Below are positions 28,931-37,879 of a stretch of 64,000 nt of DNA, piece after piece. The notes under the pieces were generated by a model. The model was not told where the DNA came from. It made no database searches and saw only the letters and a list, made by a program, of their open reading frames with translations. Position 1 is the stretch's first letter; each line of letters opens with the position of its first letter. This DNA comes from Nitrospinaceae bacterium (lineage in GTDB: Bacteria > Nitrospinota > Nitrospinia > Nitrospinales > Nitrospinaceae): NCBI GenBank assembly GCA_028278405.1, contig JANQEK010000037.1:160662-224661 (forward strand). Direction: 5' to 3'. Made by a program: the position numbers and the translations under genes.

Positions 28931-30487
28931 ATGAAAGCCGAAAATAACAAATCCCGTTTCAAACGGATTATGCCCGCAGGATTTATTCTGGGTATATTCA
29001 TGTCGATTCTTATGGGCCCCTGGAGCGCCCTGGCTTCTCCGCAAAATGATGATCCCATCAGCTGCGGAGAGTTTGTTGCTCTGGTTGCCGGTCACCAGCC
29101 TGAAAATCCATTGTTGCCAGCGGATCATTCCAAATATTCGAAAGAGGATTTATATCAGTTGACCGTTCAGAATATGTCTGCAAAAGGTTTCCATGTATTG
29201 GACGAGAAATCCTTCCATGATCCTCTGGAAGCCAACGAATTTGTTCAGGTGTCCTATGCCTTTGCCGACGGACCTCTGGGTAAAAATCTGTTCGAGCAGA
29301 AGCTTTTCTTGAAAAAGGCCGGGATCATCGATTCCGCGGATGTAGGGTTGACCACCGCCTACGATGGCATAGTCCTCCAGACGCACCGGGACACAAACGT
29401 TGCCACTCCGGTCCGGCTGGCCACACCGGTTTATATGCATGACCGGATTAAAACGGATCTTTTGTCCAAGGCCACCTTTACGTTTGATGATAAAAGCACC
29501 CTAACCCTGGGTGAAGATTCCGTTGTAAACATCACCAAGCATATTTATGACCCCGAAAAAGATTTGCGCCAAACCATCGTTCATCTTTCCCGGGGAACGG
29601 TCCGGTTTGTTGTAACCAAAGGTAAAGCCCGGGGTTCCATGTTTAAAGTAATCACTCCTACTGCTATTGCCGGTGTCCGAGGAACGGAATTCGTGGTCGA
29701 TGTCGCTCCAGACGGTAAAACGAATTTTCTTGTTCTGGAAGGTCAAATCGAAACCAAAGCAATGCGGCCGGGCAGAGAAAGAGTCAGGACCCACTACATT
29801 TCTGCAGGAGAGAATCAAACGGTTTCCAAAACCGGGAAAGCGACTGAGGTACAGAAAGCTCCCCCGGCGTTAGTAAGAGCGATCGAAATTAAAACGTCCA
29901 ACCCTAAAAAGATTGTTAAACAAAGAGGGCTTTCCAAAAAGATTGTTCGTAAGAAAGTTCAAAGACTGGCTTTTGCCAAAAAAGCTAAAAAGGGCAGAGG
30001 CGTAAAGGCCAAAATTATTAGAGCCAAAGCCAGAAACAAGGGCGTGAAAGCCAAGGTTTTGAAAAGGAGAATAAAGGCCAAGGTTTTGAAAATGGCCAAC
30101 AATGCCGCCTTGTTTGACGCCAAATCCCTGGGCAAAAGGTTTGAAAAAATCAGATTAGAGAGATCTCCCAGGTTGATGCCCAAAAACCCTGGCGATGCTA
30201 AAGCCAAACGTAATGCCAGGTCCAATTCCAAACGTGATGCCAAAGGTAATGCCAAAGCAAACGCAAGATCAAATGCCAAGGCCAAGGCCAAAACCAATGC
30301 CAAGGCCAATGCAAGATCTAACGCTAAAGCAAAGGCCAAGGCGAATGCTCAAGCGAACGCCAGAGCCAATGCCAGAGCTAATGCAAGGGCGAATGCCAGG
30401 CAGGTTGCCCAGGAAAGAGCTGTAGGTAATAGGGGTTTGGGAAGAGGAAAAGGCAGAAATTGCTTTTCTAAAGCCAAGTGTCCTTAA
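28931..30487 (+). CDS. Secreted FecR-domain protein with a long polycationic Lys/Arg/Ala/Asn repeat tail
   Basis: Strong SD (GAGGAGAGAGGAAGG) and a signal peptide ending ALASP. The FecR-like core is TLTLGEDSVVNI, LSRGTVRFVV and IAGVRGTEFVV. The last ~200 aa are extremely basic (KKAKKGRGVKAKIIRAKARNKGVKAKVLKRRIKAK ... NAKANARSNAKAKAK ... ANARANARANAR). Confidence 0.75.
   Translation: MKAENNKSRFKRIMPAGFILGIFMSILMGPWSALASPQNDDPISCGEFVALVAGHQPENPLLPADHSKYSKEDLYQLTVQNMSAKGFHVLDEKSFHDPLEANEFVQVSYAFADGPLGKNLFEQKLFLKKAGIIDSADVGLTTAYDGIVLQTHRDTNVATPVRLATPVYMHDRIKTDLLSKATFTFDDKSTLTLGEDSVVNITKHIYDPEKDLRQTIVHLSRGTVRFVVTKGKARGSMFKVITPTAIAGVRGTEFVVDVAPDGKTNFLVLEGQIETKAMRPGRERVRTHYISAGENQTVSKTGKATEVQKAPPALVRAIEIKTSNPKKIVKQRGLSKKIVRKKVQRLAFAKKAKKGRGVKAKIIRAKARNKGVKAKVLKRRIKAKVLKMANNAALFDAKSLGKRFEKIRLERSPRLMPKNPGDAKAKRNARSNSKRDAKGNAKANARSNAKAKAKTNAKANARSNAKAKAKANAQANARANARANARANARQVAQERAVGNRGLGRGKGRNCFSKAKCP
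30190..30405 (+). repeat. In-frame tandem repeat encoding (A-K/R-A-N)n, including two 48-nt units (30251-30298 and 30299-30346)
   Basis: The two 16-codon units encode AKANARSNAKAKAKTN and AKANARSNAKAKAKAN. They differ at 10 codons, of which 9 are synonymous. Four ANAR units with varied codons follow. Confidence 0.8.
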
Positions 30488-30504
30488 TCGAGTTGTTTAA
30501 ATGG

Positions 30505-30536
30505 AAAGGGGTGAGCTTTCGCTCACCCCTTTTTTA
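30505..30536 (+). terminator. Rho-independent terminator of the FecR-domain gene
   Basis: Perfect hairpin AAAGGGGTGAGC-TTTC-GCTCACCCCTTT runs into a T tract, 18 nt after the stop codon. Confidence 0.8.
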
Positions 30537-30672
30537 TTGGTAACTGGAATTCTCCTGCCCCTCTTTTCCCTTGATTACCGCTGAGTTATGCCTTCCAATT
30601 GATATATATAGTCCCCAGGCGGTTTGATCCGTACTATTAAAAACGTTGATCTATATCCAGTTATTCCAATTA

Positions 30673-32073
30673 ATGGTTCTTCACACTTCCCGCTACGTAT
30701 TCCCGCTGATACTTTTTGCTCTGGTTTTCGGTCCATTCGGAATTGTCGAAAGTCAGGCAGAGGAAATCCCGCAATACTGGCTTCTCCGTGGCAAGGAATT
30801 GAGCGAGATGGGTCAGTTTAAGAAGGCCGGGGAGGCTTTCCAGAAAGCCATTCAGCAGGACCCCGCTTCGGAGGAGGCTCATCTGGGTCTCGGCAATGCC
30901 CATTACGAGCTGGGAGCCTATGAATCCGCCGCCGATGACTTCCATCATGTATTGAAGATAAACCCTAACAACGGTACGGCTCTGTTTTATCTCGGTCTTT
31001 CCCTGGTGCAACAGAAAAAATATGCCGAGTCCATCCCTTACTTTAAAAAAGCCGGGGCGTTGGATCCCGATTTCAAACAATTGTCGTTGTTCTATATCGG
31101 TGAGGCGCAATCCGAGTTGGGAGAGCTCCAGGAAGCGTCTGAAACTTGGAAACAAGCGATCAAAGTCAACCCGTCCACGGATATTGCCCGGAAAACCGGG
31201 ACATTGGTTAAAAATTTAACCCAGAAAAAAGAGGATAAAAAATCATGGTCCGTCACCATGAGTACAGGAATAGAATATGATGACAACATTACGGTCAGCC
31301 TTCAGGATTTGGCAACGGGGGTGGATGATTTTGCCAACATTTTCGAGTTTTCCGGCGACTACAAACTGTTGGAAACCAAAAAATTTGAGTTGGAGGCAGG
31401 TTACGATCTTTACCAGAGCCTGTATCACGATCTCTCGGAATTCGATCTACAATCTCATATCTTTTCTTTAGGGGGAGGGTACAAATTCGAGAAGTTCGAT
31501 GCCGATGTGTTTACCAGTTACAATCGCACCACTCTGGGAGGTGAGGATTTTCTGGAAAACTATTCCGTTGCGCCGCAGATAGGATTTTTCCCTTCTGAGC
31601 AATGGTATACGATCATCGGCTATTCCTATGAAAACTTTGAGTTTCTTAAGGATTCCGATCGTAGCGGCGAGAACCATGGAGTGGGGATGGACCACTTTGT
31701 TTTCTTCATGCAGGGGAAAAGCTACCTTTTATTCAGCTACCGCTTTGAAAACAAAATCACGAGTGGGACTCAATTCACCTATGTCGGACATTACGGCACT
31801 GTTGGCGTCAAAACCCCTCTTCCCATTTGGGATCGGAAGGGTGCTTTCAACCTAACCTATCGCTATTTCTACAAAGACTATAAAAACGTCACCCCCAGTC
31901 TGACACGCGAGCGGCGTGATTTACGTCACACGATCCAGGTGGGTTTGTCTCAGCCTCTTTGTGAATGGCTGAAACTGAATTTGAACTACGAGTTCATCGA
32001 CAGCGTTTCCAACCTGCGATCCATTGACTTTACTGAAAATATCGCTTCTTTAGCATTGAGCGTCACTTTTTAA
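30673..32073 (+). CDS. Outer-membrane protein: N-terminal TPR repeats + C-terminal beta-barrel (Slam/DUF560-like architecture)
   Basis: Signal peptide VFPLILFALVFGPFGIVESQA and about four TPR units (e.g. AHLGLGNAHYELGAYESAADDFHHVLKINPNN). About 275 aa of alternating amphipathic strands follow (WSVTMSTGIEYDDNITVS ...), ending in LALSVTF with a terminal Phe. The ATG at 30673 is preferred to the TTG at 30646. Confidence 0.7.
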   Translation: MVLHTSRYVFPLILFALVFGPFGIVESQAEEIPQYWLLRGKELSEMGQFKKAGEAFQKAIQQDPASEEAHLGLGNAHYELGAYESAADDFHHVLKINPNNGTALFYLGLSLVQQKKYAESIPYFKKAGALDPDFKQLSLFYIGEAQSELGELQEASETWKQAIKVNPSTDIARKTGTLVKNLTQKKEDKKSWSVTMSTGIEYDDNITVSLQDLATGVDDFANIFEFSGDYKLLETKKFELEAGYDLYQSLYHDLSEFDLQSHIFSLGGGYKFEKFDADVFTSYNRTTLGGEDFLENYSVAPQIGFFPSEQWYTIIGYSYENFEFLKDSDRSGENHGVGMDHFVFFMQGKSYLLFSYRFENKITSGTQFTYVGHYGTVGVKTPLPIWDRKGAFNLTYRYFYKDYKNVTPSLTRERRDLRHTIQVGLSQPLCEWLKLNLNYEFIDSVSNLRSIDFTENIASLALSVTF

Positions 32074-32226
32074 ACCGCAGTTCAGACATCCGATACCCCT
32101 GTCGGGGGTTGCCAGAATTACATTTCCGGGAGAAATCTTGCTCACGAGATTGTCGGGATTATCGTTTGCCAACCTTTTTTTCGGCCGTTAAACTAAAGAA
32201 TATCCCATTAATAATCACCTATTTAT

Positions 32227-33792
32227 ATGAAACCGCCTGCTATACCGTCTATCACAAAGATCACAGTAATAACCATGGCGTGTGCTGTGAGTCTTGCTGC
32301 CCTGATTTTCAAGATCGTCTATGATCATCAGGTGGATCTTTGGAAAAAGGATTTTGTGCACCAGTCACAAAAAACGATTATCAATCTAAAATCCGAGATG
32401 AAGAATAATGAAAGAATTCTTTTGGACATTCTTTCATTCTATAAAGCTTCACCGAAGGTAACCCGGAAGGCGTTCAAATCTTATGTTTCTCCCATTCTGG
32501 AGAGAAACAACTTTATCCAGGCGCTGCAATGGGCTCCACGTGTTTCTGCGGAAAACCGCAAAAAAGTTGAAGAGCAAGCGCGTGGTGATGGATTTGTGAA
32601 CTTTCAGTTTACCGAACTGAAAAAACCGGGAACCCTGGTTATGGCTGGAGCGCGTCCGGAATACTATCCGGTTTATTTCACCGAGCCATTTATCGGCAAC
32701 GAATCTGGAATGGGGTTTGATTTGGCGAGCGAAAGCAGGCGATTGAAGACAATTAAAGGGTCGAAAGAATCTGGAGAGTTGCTGGCCACCAACAAAGTTC
32801 ATTTGGTTGAGACTCAATCGCAGGAAAGTGGTTTGTCGGTATTCCTTCCTTATTATGGCGGTATTGCCCATAGAGACAGGCGGTTGAAGGGTTTTATTGT
32901 GGGGGTGTATCGCCTCGAAGCCATGGTGAATAATGCGATTGATCCTTATCTTGAAAAAGGGATGAACCTTACAATTTTTGAAGGCCGGAAAATTTCAAGC
33001 GAAGACAAACTTTTCACGAAATCCAAAGCGAATGACGACTTGATCAGATATAAAAAAGAAATCAAAGCATTTGGAAAATCCTGGATGATTCTTTTTCGGG
33101 GAGACAAGAGTTTTCAGGATGGAATCAAATGGCATCCTCCCATTGCCAGTGCCGGCGGGTTGCTTTTGCTTTTTCTGTTGATTTCAATCGTTTTTGAAAT
33201 CAATGATTTTCGAACGCGTCATAAACTGCTGTCTGAAAATAACATGCAGTTGGAGCAGCTTTCAAATCTGGATGCGTTGACCGGTCTGGCCAATCGCCGA
33301 TGCTTCGATGAGAACCTTGTCAAGGAGCTGAACCGTTCCTCCAGAGATCAGACTCCCTTGTCTCTGATTTTTTTAGATGTTGATGGTTTTAAAGAGTTTA
33401 ACGATACCTACGGCCATCTGGTGGGTGATGAATGTTTAAGGCAAATTGGTAATGTGCTGCAAAAAACCGTTGAAAGATCACATGATTTAGCAGCTCGCTA
33501 TGGAGGTGAAGAATTTGCCGTGATTCTTCCCTCAACCAACCCAAAGGGAGGATTGGTGATTGCAGAGCGATTGAGAGAGCTCGTTGAAGATCTGGATTTG
33601 ACGAGCCCCAATGCATCAATCCTCCAATCCGTCACCATAAGTTTGGGGCTGGTGTCTATTAAACATGGCGAAAAAAATATTACTTCCCAAGCCCTCATTG
33701 ACCAGGCCGATCAAGCTCTGTACGAGGCTAAAAAGCAGGGCAAAAACCGGGTCGTTCACTTCGAGTATTCCTCTCCTTCCGTTGTTCGCTAA
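32227..33792 (+). CDS. CHASE domain - diguanylate cyclase (GGDEF)
   Basis: The periplasmic CHASE-like region (IQALQWAPRVSAENR, PEYYPVYFTEPFIGNESGMGFDLASE) is flanked by TM helices. The GGDEF domain has an intact GGEEF motif and an RxxD I-site at the canonical spacing (RSHDLAARYGGEEF). Confidence 0.85.
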   Translation: MKPPAIPSITKITVITMACAVSLAALIFKIVYDHQVDLWKKDFVHQSQKTIINLKSEMKNNERILLDILSFYKASPKVTRKAFKSYVSPILERNNFIQALQWAPRVSAENRKKVEEQARGDGFVNFQFTELKKPGTLVMAGARPEYYPVYFTEPFIGNESGMGFDLASESRRLKTIKGSKESGELLATNKVHLVETQSQESGLSVFLPYYGGIAHRDRRLKGFIVGVYRLEAMVNNAIDPYLEKGMNLTIFEGRKISSEDKLFTKSKANDDLIRYKKEIKAFGKSWMILFRGDKSFQDGIKWHPPIASAGGLLLLFLLISIVFEINDFRTRHKLLSENNMQLEQLSNLDALTGLANRRCFDENLVKELNRSSRDQTPLSLIFLDVDGFKEFNDTYGHLVGDECLRQIGNVLQKTVERSHDLAARYGGEEFAVILPSTNPKGGLVIAERLRELVEDLDLTSPNASILQSVTISLGLVSIKHGEKNITSQALIDQADQALYEAKKQGKNRVVHFEYSSPSVVR

Positions 33793-33997
33793 ACAATCCA
33801 CTTTGTAAGATTTGAGTATTGGACACTTCGACTTCCCCAGTGGTATAACTAACTGAACAAATATAATATTTTTTATTATTTCTTATAATAAATTCTCCGC
33901 AATCAGGGCACCTGTTTTTTGGGCGTCATTACAGGTACGAAAAGATTGTCCGGTCGTCCCAGCCATCATTCACAAACTGTCGCGAGTTCTTAAAACG

Positions 33998-36709
33998 ATG
34001 GATACAGCTAAACTCTCTAATAGCGACTGGCATGCAAAGGAAATCCCGACTCTCTTAAACGAGCTTTCCACCACCGAAAATGGCTTGACTCATGCTGAAG
34101 CCGCCAGACGCCTCAAAATCCATGGTCCTAATAGCCTGCCACGTCAATCTGGACCCACCTGGTGGCAGGTGTTCTGTCGGCAATTTAAAAGTCCGCTTAT
34201 TTATATTTTAGTTGTGGCTGCTGTAGTCTCCACTTTTATCGGAGACTTTACGGATGCGATTTTTATCGCCATGATTCTCCTGCTCAATGCAGTCATTGGT
34301 GGAATCCAGGAATGGCGTGCCGAGCAAAGTGCCCAAGCCCTTCAGGAACTTCTCCAATTTCACACTGCTGTCGAGCGCGAAGGAGAACTTCTTGAAATCA
34401 ATTCTGAACAGGTCACTCCAGGTGATGTGATTTGGTTGGAATCGGGGAACCGGGTCCCAGCTGATATTCGATTGCTTATGACCCACGGGTTGGAAGTTGA
34501 CGAATCTCTATTTACCGGAGAATCTTTGGCGGTGCTCAAAGACCCGACTTGGTCTGGAAGTCATCAGACACCAATGGCTGATCGCATTAACATGGTTCAT
34601 GCAGGCTCGACGATAACACGGGGCCGAGGCAAAGGTGTGATCGTAGCCACAGGGACGAAAACTGCTATTGGCCAACTGGCCATGGATATGGTGTCAGTCG
34701 GTTCTGGAAATCCACCGTTAATATTGAGGATGGAGCGATTCAGCCGTGTGGTAGCCATAGCGGTTCTGGTGGCTGCATCTTTACTGGCTTTTATCGGAAT
34801 CTTTGGACATGGGACCGGAATCAAGGAGATGTTCATGTTTGGCGTGGCTGTGGCTGTATCAGCAATTCCCGAGGGATTGCCCATCGCTTTGACCGTGGCA
34901 CTGGCTGTCGGTACAACCCGCATGGCGGGACGCGGCGTCATTGTACGTCGCCTCGCCGCCGTTGAAGGCTTGGGAAGTTGCACCTTCATCGCCAGTGATA
35001 AAACCGGTACTTTGACTTGTAACGAGCTTACGGTCCAGGAAATTCATCTTGCCCGGAACGAAGCTTTTAAGGTCAGCGGCGAAGGATTTACACCAGAGGG
35101 TCAGGTCTTTTTCCAGGAACAACCCGTAGACCCAGCTCAGCATCCGACTTTGGAACTACTGGTCCGAGCTGCTGTTCTATGCAATGAAGCCGATTTACAC
35201 CACCGTGGAGAAACCTGGGTATGGCGCGGAGATCCTACAGATATTGCTCTGCTTTCCATGGGACAAAAATTAGGCTTGAACCGAAACACTGCGTTGGAAC
35301 AATTTCCACAGGTTAACCAGATTCCTTTCGAACCGGAATATCAATTTTCGGCTTCCTATCACAAACTCAATGGTGACACGAAAGTATTTGTTAAGGGTGC
35401 TCCCGAGCGTGTGCTGTCATTGTGCGATTTTTCCGAAGATATAAAATCAAGAGAACAACATCAGAGTACAGCAGAGGACTTGGCTCGAAAGGGTTATCGA
35501 GTGTTGGCTCTGGCCCAGGGAAAGGTGACTGAAGAATTGGATTCGACACGGGTTCCATCGGAACCTAGCGATTTGGAGTTCCTGGGATTCGTCGGAATGA
35601 TTGATCCCTTGCGTCCTGGTGCACGCAATGCGGTGGCTGCATGCGGTACCTCGGGGATCACGGTCTCCATGGTGACAGGAGATCATCCCATAACCGCCTT
35701 GGCAATTGCCCGTGAACTTGGCTTTGCCGTTCATTCAGAGCAAGTCGTCACCGGAGCAGAGCTAATAGGAAAATCGGAAGAGGAGTTGCGTGATATTGTT
35801 CATCATGCTCGCGTGTTTGCCCGGATTGCACCGAATCAAAAACTTCACTTGGTTCAGGCCTTACGAAACTCGGGACACTTTGTTGCTGTTACCGGAGATG
35901 GCGTTAACGATGCTCCGGCTCTACGCGCAGCCAACATCGGCGTTGCCATGGGGAAATCCGGTACCGATGTAGCTCGGGATGCAGCAGAACTGGTCGTCAG
36001 CGACGACAATTTTGCCAGTATCGTAAACGGTATCGAAGAAGGGCGCATTGTTTACGACAATGTCCGCAAAGTAATTTTCCTTTTGGTTTCTACAGGTGCC
36101 GCGGAGATCGTGTTGCTTACCCTCGCGGTGATCCTGGGGATGCCGTTGCCCTTGCTACCGGTGCAATTGCTGTGGCTGAATTTGGTCACCAACGGAATTC
36201 AGGATGTAGCCTTGGCATTTGAGCCGAGCGAAGGGGATGTTCTGAATCGACAGCCCCGAAAACCCGACGAACCCATCTTTAACCGATTGATGATCGAGCG
36301 CACCGTTATTTCTGCCCTGGTAATGGGATTAGTAGGTTTTTTCTTTTTCCTTCTTCTCCTTCGATCAGGATGGAGCGAATATTCAGCACGTAACGCCTTG
36401 CTTCTTCTCATGGTGCTGTTTGAAAACGTCCACATCGCCGATTGTCGTTCTGAGACCAAATCCGCTTTTTCTATATCGATATTTAGCAGCCCCATTTTGA
36501 TTTGCGGCGTTATTGGTGCCTTTCTGGTTCATGTGTTGACAATGTATCTTCCCTTGGGTCAAAAAGTTTTGCGCACAGAACCTGTGGATTTCTCTACTTG
36601 GATGCTGGCGTTAGGCTGTTCCTTATCCATCCTGGTGGTAATGGAGATTCACAAATTGTTCTGGAAACATCGCTACCCTCAAAATGGAGAAGAACCTATT
36701 TCCAACTAA
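33998..36709 (+). CDS. Cation-translocating P-type ATPase (type II, Ca2+/Mg2+-ATPase-like)
   Basis: TGES motif (LFTGESLAV), phosphorylation site DKTGTLT, MVTGDHPITA, hinge TGDGVNDAPAL, and 10-TM topology. Confidence 0.9.
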   Translation: MDTAKLSNSDWHAKEIPTLLNELSTTENGLTHAEAARRLKIHGPNSLPRQSGPTWWQVFCRQFKSPLIYILVVAAVVSTFIGDFTDAIFIAMILLLNAVIGGIQEWRAEQSAQALQELLQFHTAVEREGELLEINSEQVTPGDVIWLESGNRVPADIRLLMTHGLEVDESLFTGESLAVLKDPTWSGSHQTPMADRINMVHAGSTITRGRGKGVIVATGTKTAIGQLAMDMVSVGSGNPPLILRMERFSRVVAIAVLVAASLLAFIGIFGHGTGIKEMFMFGVAVAVSAIPEGLPIALTVALAVGTTRMAGRGVIVRRLAAVEGLGSCTFIASDKTGTLTCNELTVQEIHLARNEAFKVSGEGFTPEGQVFFQEQPVDPAQHPTLELLVRAAVLCNEADLHHRGETWVWRGDPTDIALLSMGQKLGLNRNTALEQFPQVNQIPFEPEYQFSASYHKLNGDTKVFVKGAPERVLSLCDFSEDIKSREQHQSTAEDLARKGYRVLALAQGKVTEELDSTRVPSEPSDLEFLGFVGMIDPLRPGARNAVAACGTSGITVSMVTGDHPITALAIARELGFAVHSEQVVTGAELIGKSEEELRDIVHHARVFARIAPNQKLHLVQALRNSGHFVAVTGDGVNDAPALRAANIGVAMGKSGTDVARDAAELVVSDDNFASIVNGIEEGRIVYDNVRKVIFLLVSTGAAEIVLLTLAVILGMPLPLLPVQLLWLNLVTNGIQDVALAFEPSEGDVLNRQPRKPDEPIFNRLMIERTVISALVMGLVGFFFFLLLLRSGWSEYSARNALLLLMVLFENVHIADCRSETKSAFSISIFSSPILICGVIGAFLVHVLTMYLPLGQKVLRTEPVDFSTWMLALGCSLSILVVMEIHKLFWKHRYPQNGEEPISN

Positions 36710-36810
36710 TGTTCAGTTTCTTGGAGCCATTTCAATGTATTTGGAAGTGAGCAATCGGCTGACCGTTACGAGCGAGTGGATGAATCGAGAATAACAGGAG
36801 ATAAGATTTT

Positions 36811-37113
36811 ATGAATTCCAAAGCCCATCCCATTTTGTTAGAGTTGTCCAAACAATTGCCTGACTCTGCGCATACGTTTCGATATATTCACGAATCCCCT
36901 GACTTTGAAAAGATTACGGCCCAGGCACAAAAAGATATTTCATCCCTTGAGAAATTGGAAGGCGATTCGGAGGATGGAGTGTCTGCGAAAGAAGCTTTGG
37001 AGGAAAGTGGTTACCGGAGATGGCTGGAAAGCTCCGATTCGGAGGAAAGGCTCAGAGTTCTGGGCGCTCTCAGACTGATCGCCGATCTGTCTGAAGACCT
37101 CGCTGAGGATTAG
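36811..37113 (+). CDS. Small acidic hypothetical protein (100 aa)
   Basis: AGGAG lies 8-9 nt upstream of the ATG. The ORF fills the gap between two co-directional genes. No recognisable motif. Confidence 0.45.
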   Translation: MNSKAHPILLELSKQLPDSAHTFRYIHESPDFEKITAQAQKDISSLEKLEGDSEDGVSAKEALEESGYRRWLESSDSEERLRVLGALRLIADLSEDLAED

Positions 37114-37160
37114 ACTTTGAACTTTAGTTTTCAAAAAGGGTGTATGCTGGTCTAATCAAA

Positions 37161-37706
37161 ATGAAATCGAAAACCAAATACATATCCCTGGCTATTCTCC
37201 TCTTCGGATCGGGTTTTGCTTCCTGTGCAACCGTTCCGGCACGGGAGGAGCCTCCTCTTGAAGTGGTGGCTCAGGTGGATACTAAGAAGTATCTGGGCAA
37301 ATGGTATGAAATTGCCCGTTACCCGCATAGCTTTGAGGAAAATTGTTACGCCGTCACGGCAGATTATACGTTGCGGGACGATGGATCGATTCAGGTGGTC
37401 AACCGCTGCCGCGAGGGCGGGTTGAATGGGGAATTGAGGAAAGCCGTTGGCAAAGCTTATGTTGTCGATTCCAAATCGAATGCCAAGTTGGAGGTTACTT
37501 TCTTCTGGCCCTTTTACGGGGACTATTGGATCATCGACTTGGATGAAAATTATCAATATGCCGTCGTGAGTGAACCCGACCGACAGTATCTCTGGATACT
37601 CAGTCGGACGCCAACGATGGACCCTTCACTGTATCAGCACCTGACCGCAAAGCTCAAAAGCAAGGGATTCGATCTATCCTTTCTGACCAAAACCCCTCAA
37701 AAATGA
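37161..37706 (+). CDS. blc: Bacterial lipocalin (Blc-type outer-membrane lipoprotein)
   Basis: Lipobox LFGSGFASC. Lipocalin signature YLGKWYEIARYPHSFEENC and the later YWIIDLDENYQYAVVSEP..LWILSRTP. Confidence 0.85.
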   Translation: MKSKTKYISLAILLFGSGFASCATVPAREEPPLEVVAQVDTKKYLGKWYEIARYPHSFEENCYAVTADYTLRDDGSIQVVNRCREGGLNGELRKAVGKAYVVDSKSNAKLEVTFFWPFYGDYWIIDLDENYQYAVVSEPDRQYLWILSRTPTMDPSLYQHLTAKLKSKGFDLSFLTKTPQK

Positions 37707-37879
37707 CGTGTTTTCAACAGAATAGCCTGTTTAATAAAATTGTATGAAGGTTCTTCAAACACGCTTTCATGAAATCATGTGTGAACAGGGGACTTTTTGA
37801 TTTATTTCCATCCTTTTGAGCCTTATTCTGAGGTTACAAAGACCCCTAGGCCAATTTTTAAGATCACTACTTCCCATTT

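Noticed and set aside
29959-30339. 126-aa minus-strand ORF reading (ALALALDLAL)n
   Set aside because: It is the reverse-complement reading of the (A-K-A-N)n repeat. Low-complexity repeats stay open on both strands. The + frame is continuous with a FecR domain, a signal peptide and a strong SD.
33793-33997. Possible Mg2+ (M-box) or other riboswitch in the 5' leader of the P-type ATPase gene
   Set aside because: Only a short imperfect hairpin is visible (CACCTGT...ACAGGT). The leader is about 200 nt, AT-rich, and lacks the extended conserved helices I would expect. This cannot be supported without a covariance-model scan.
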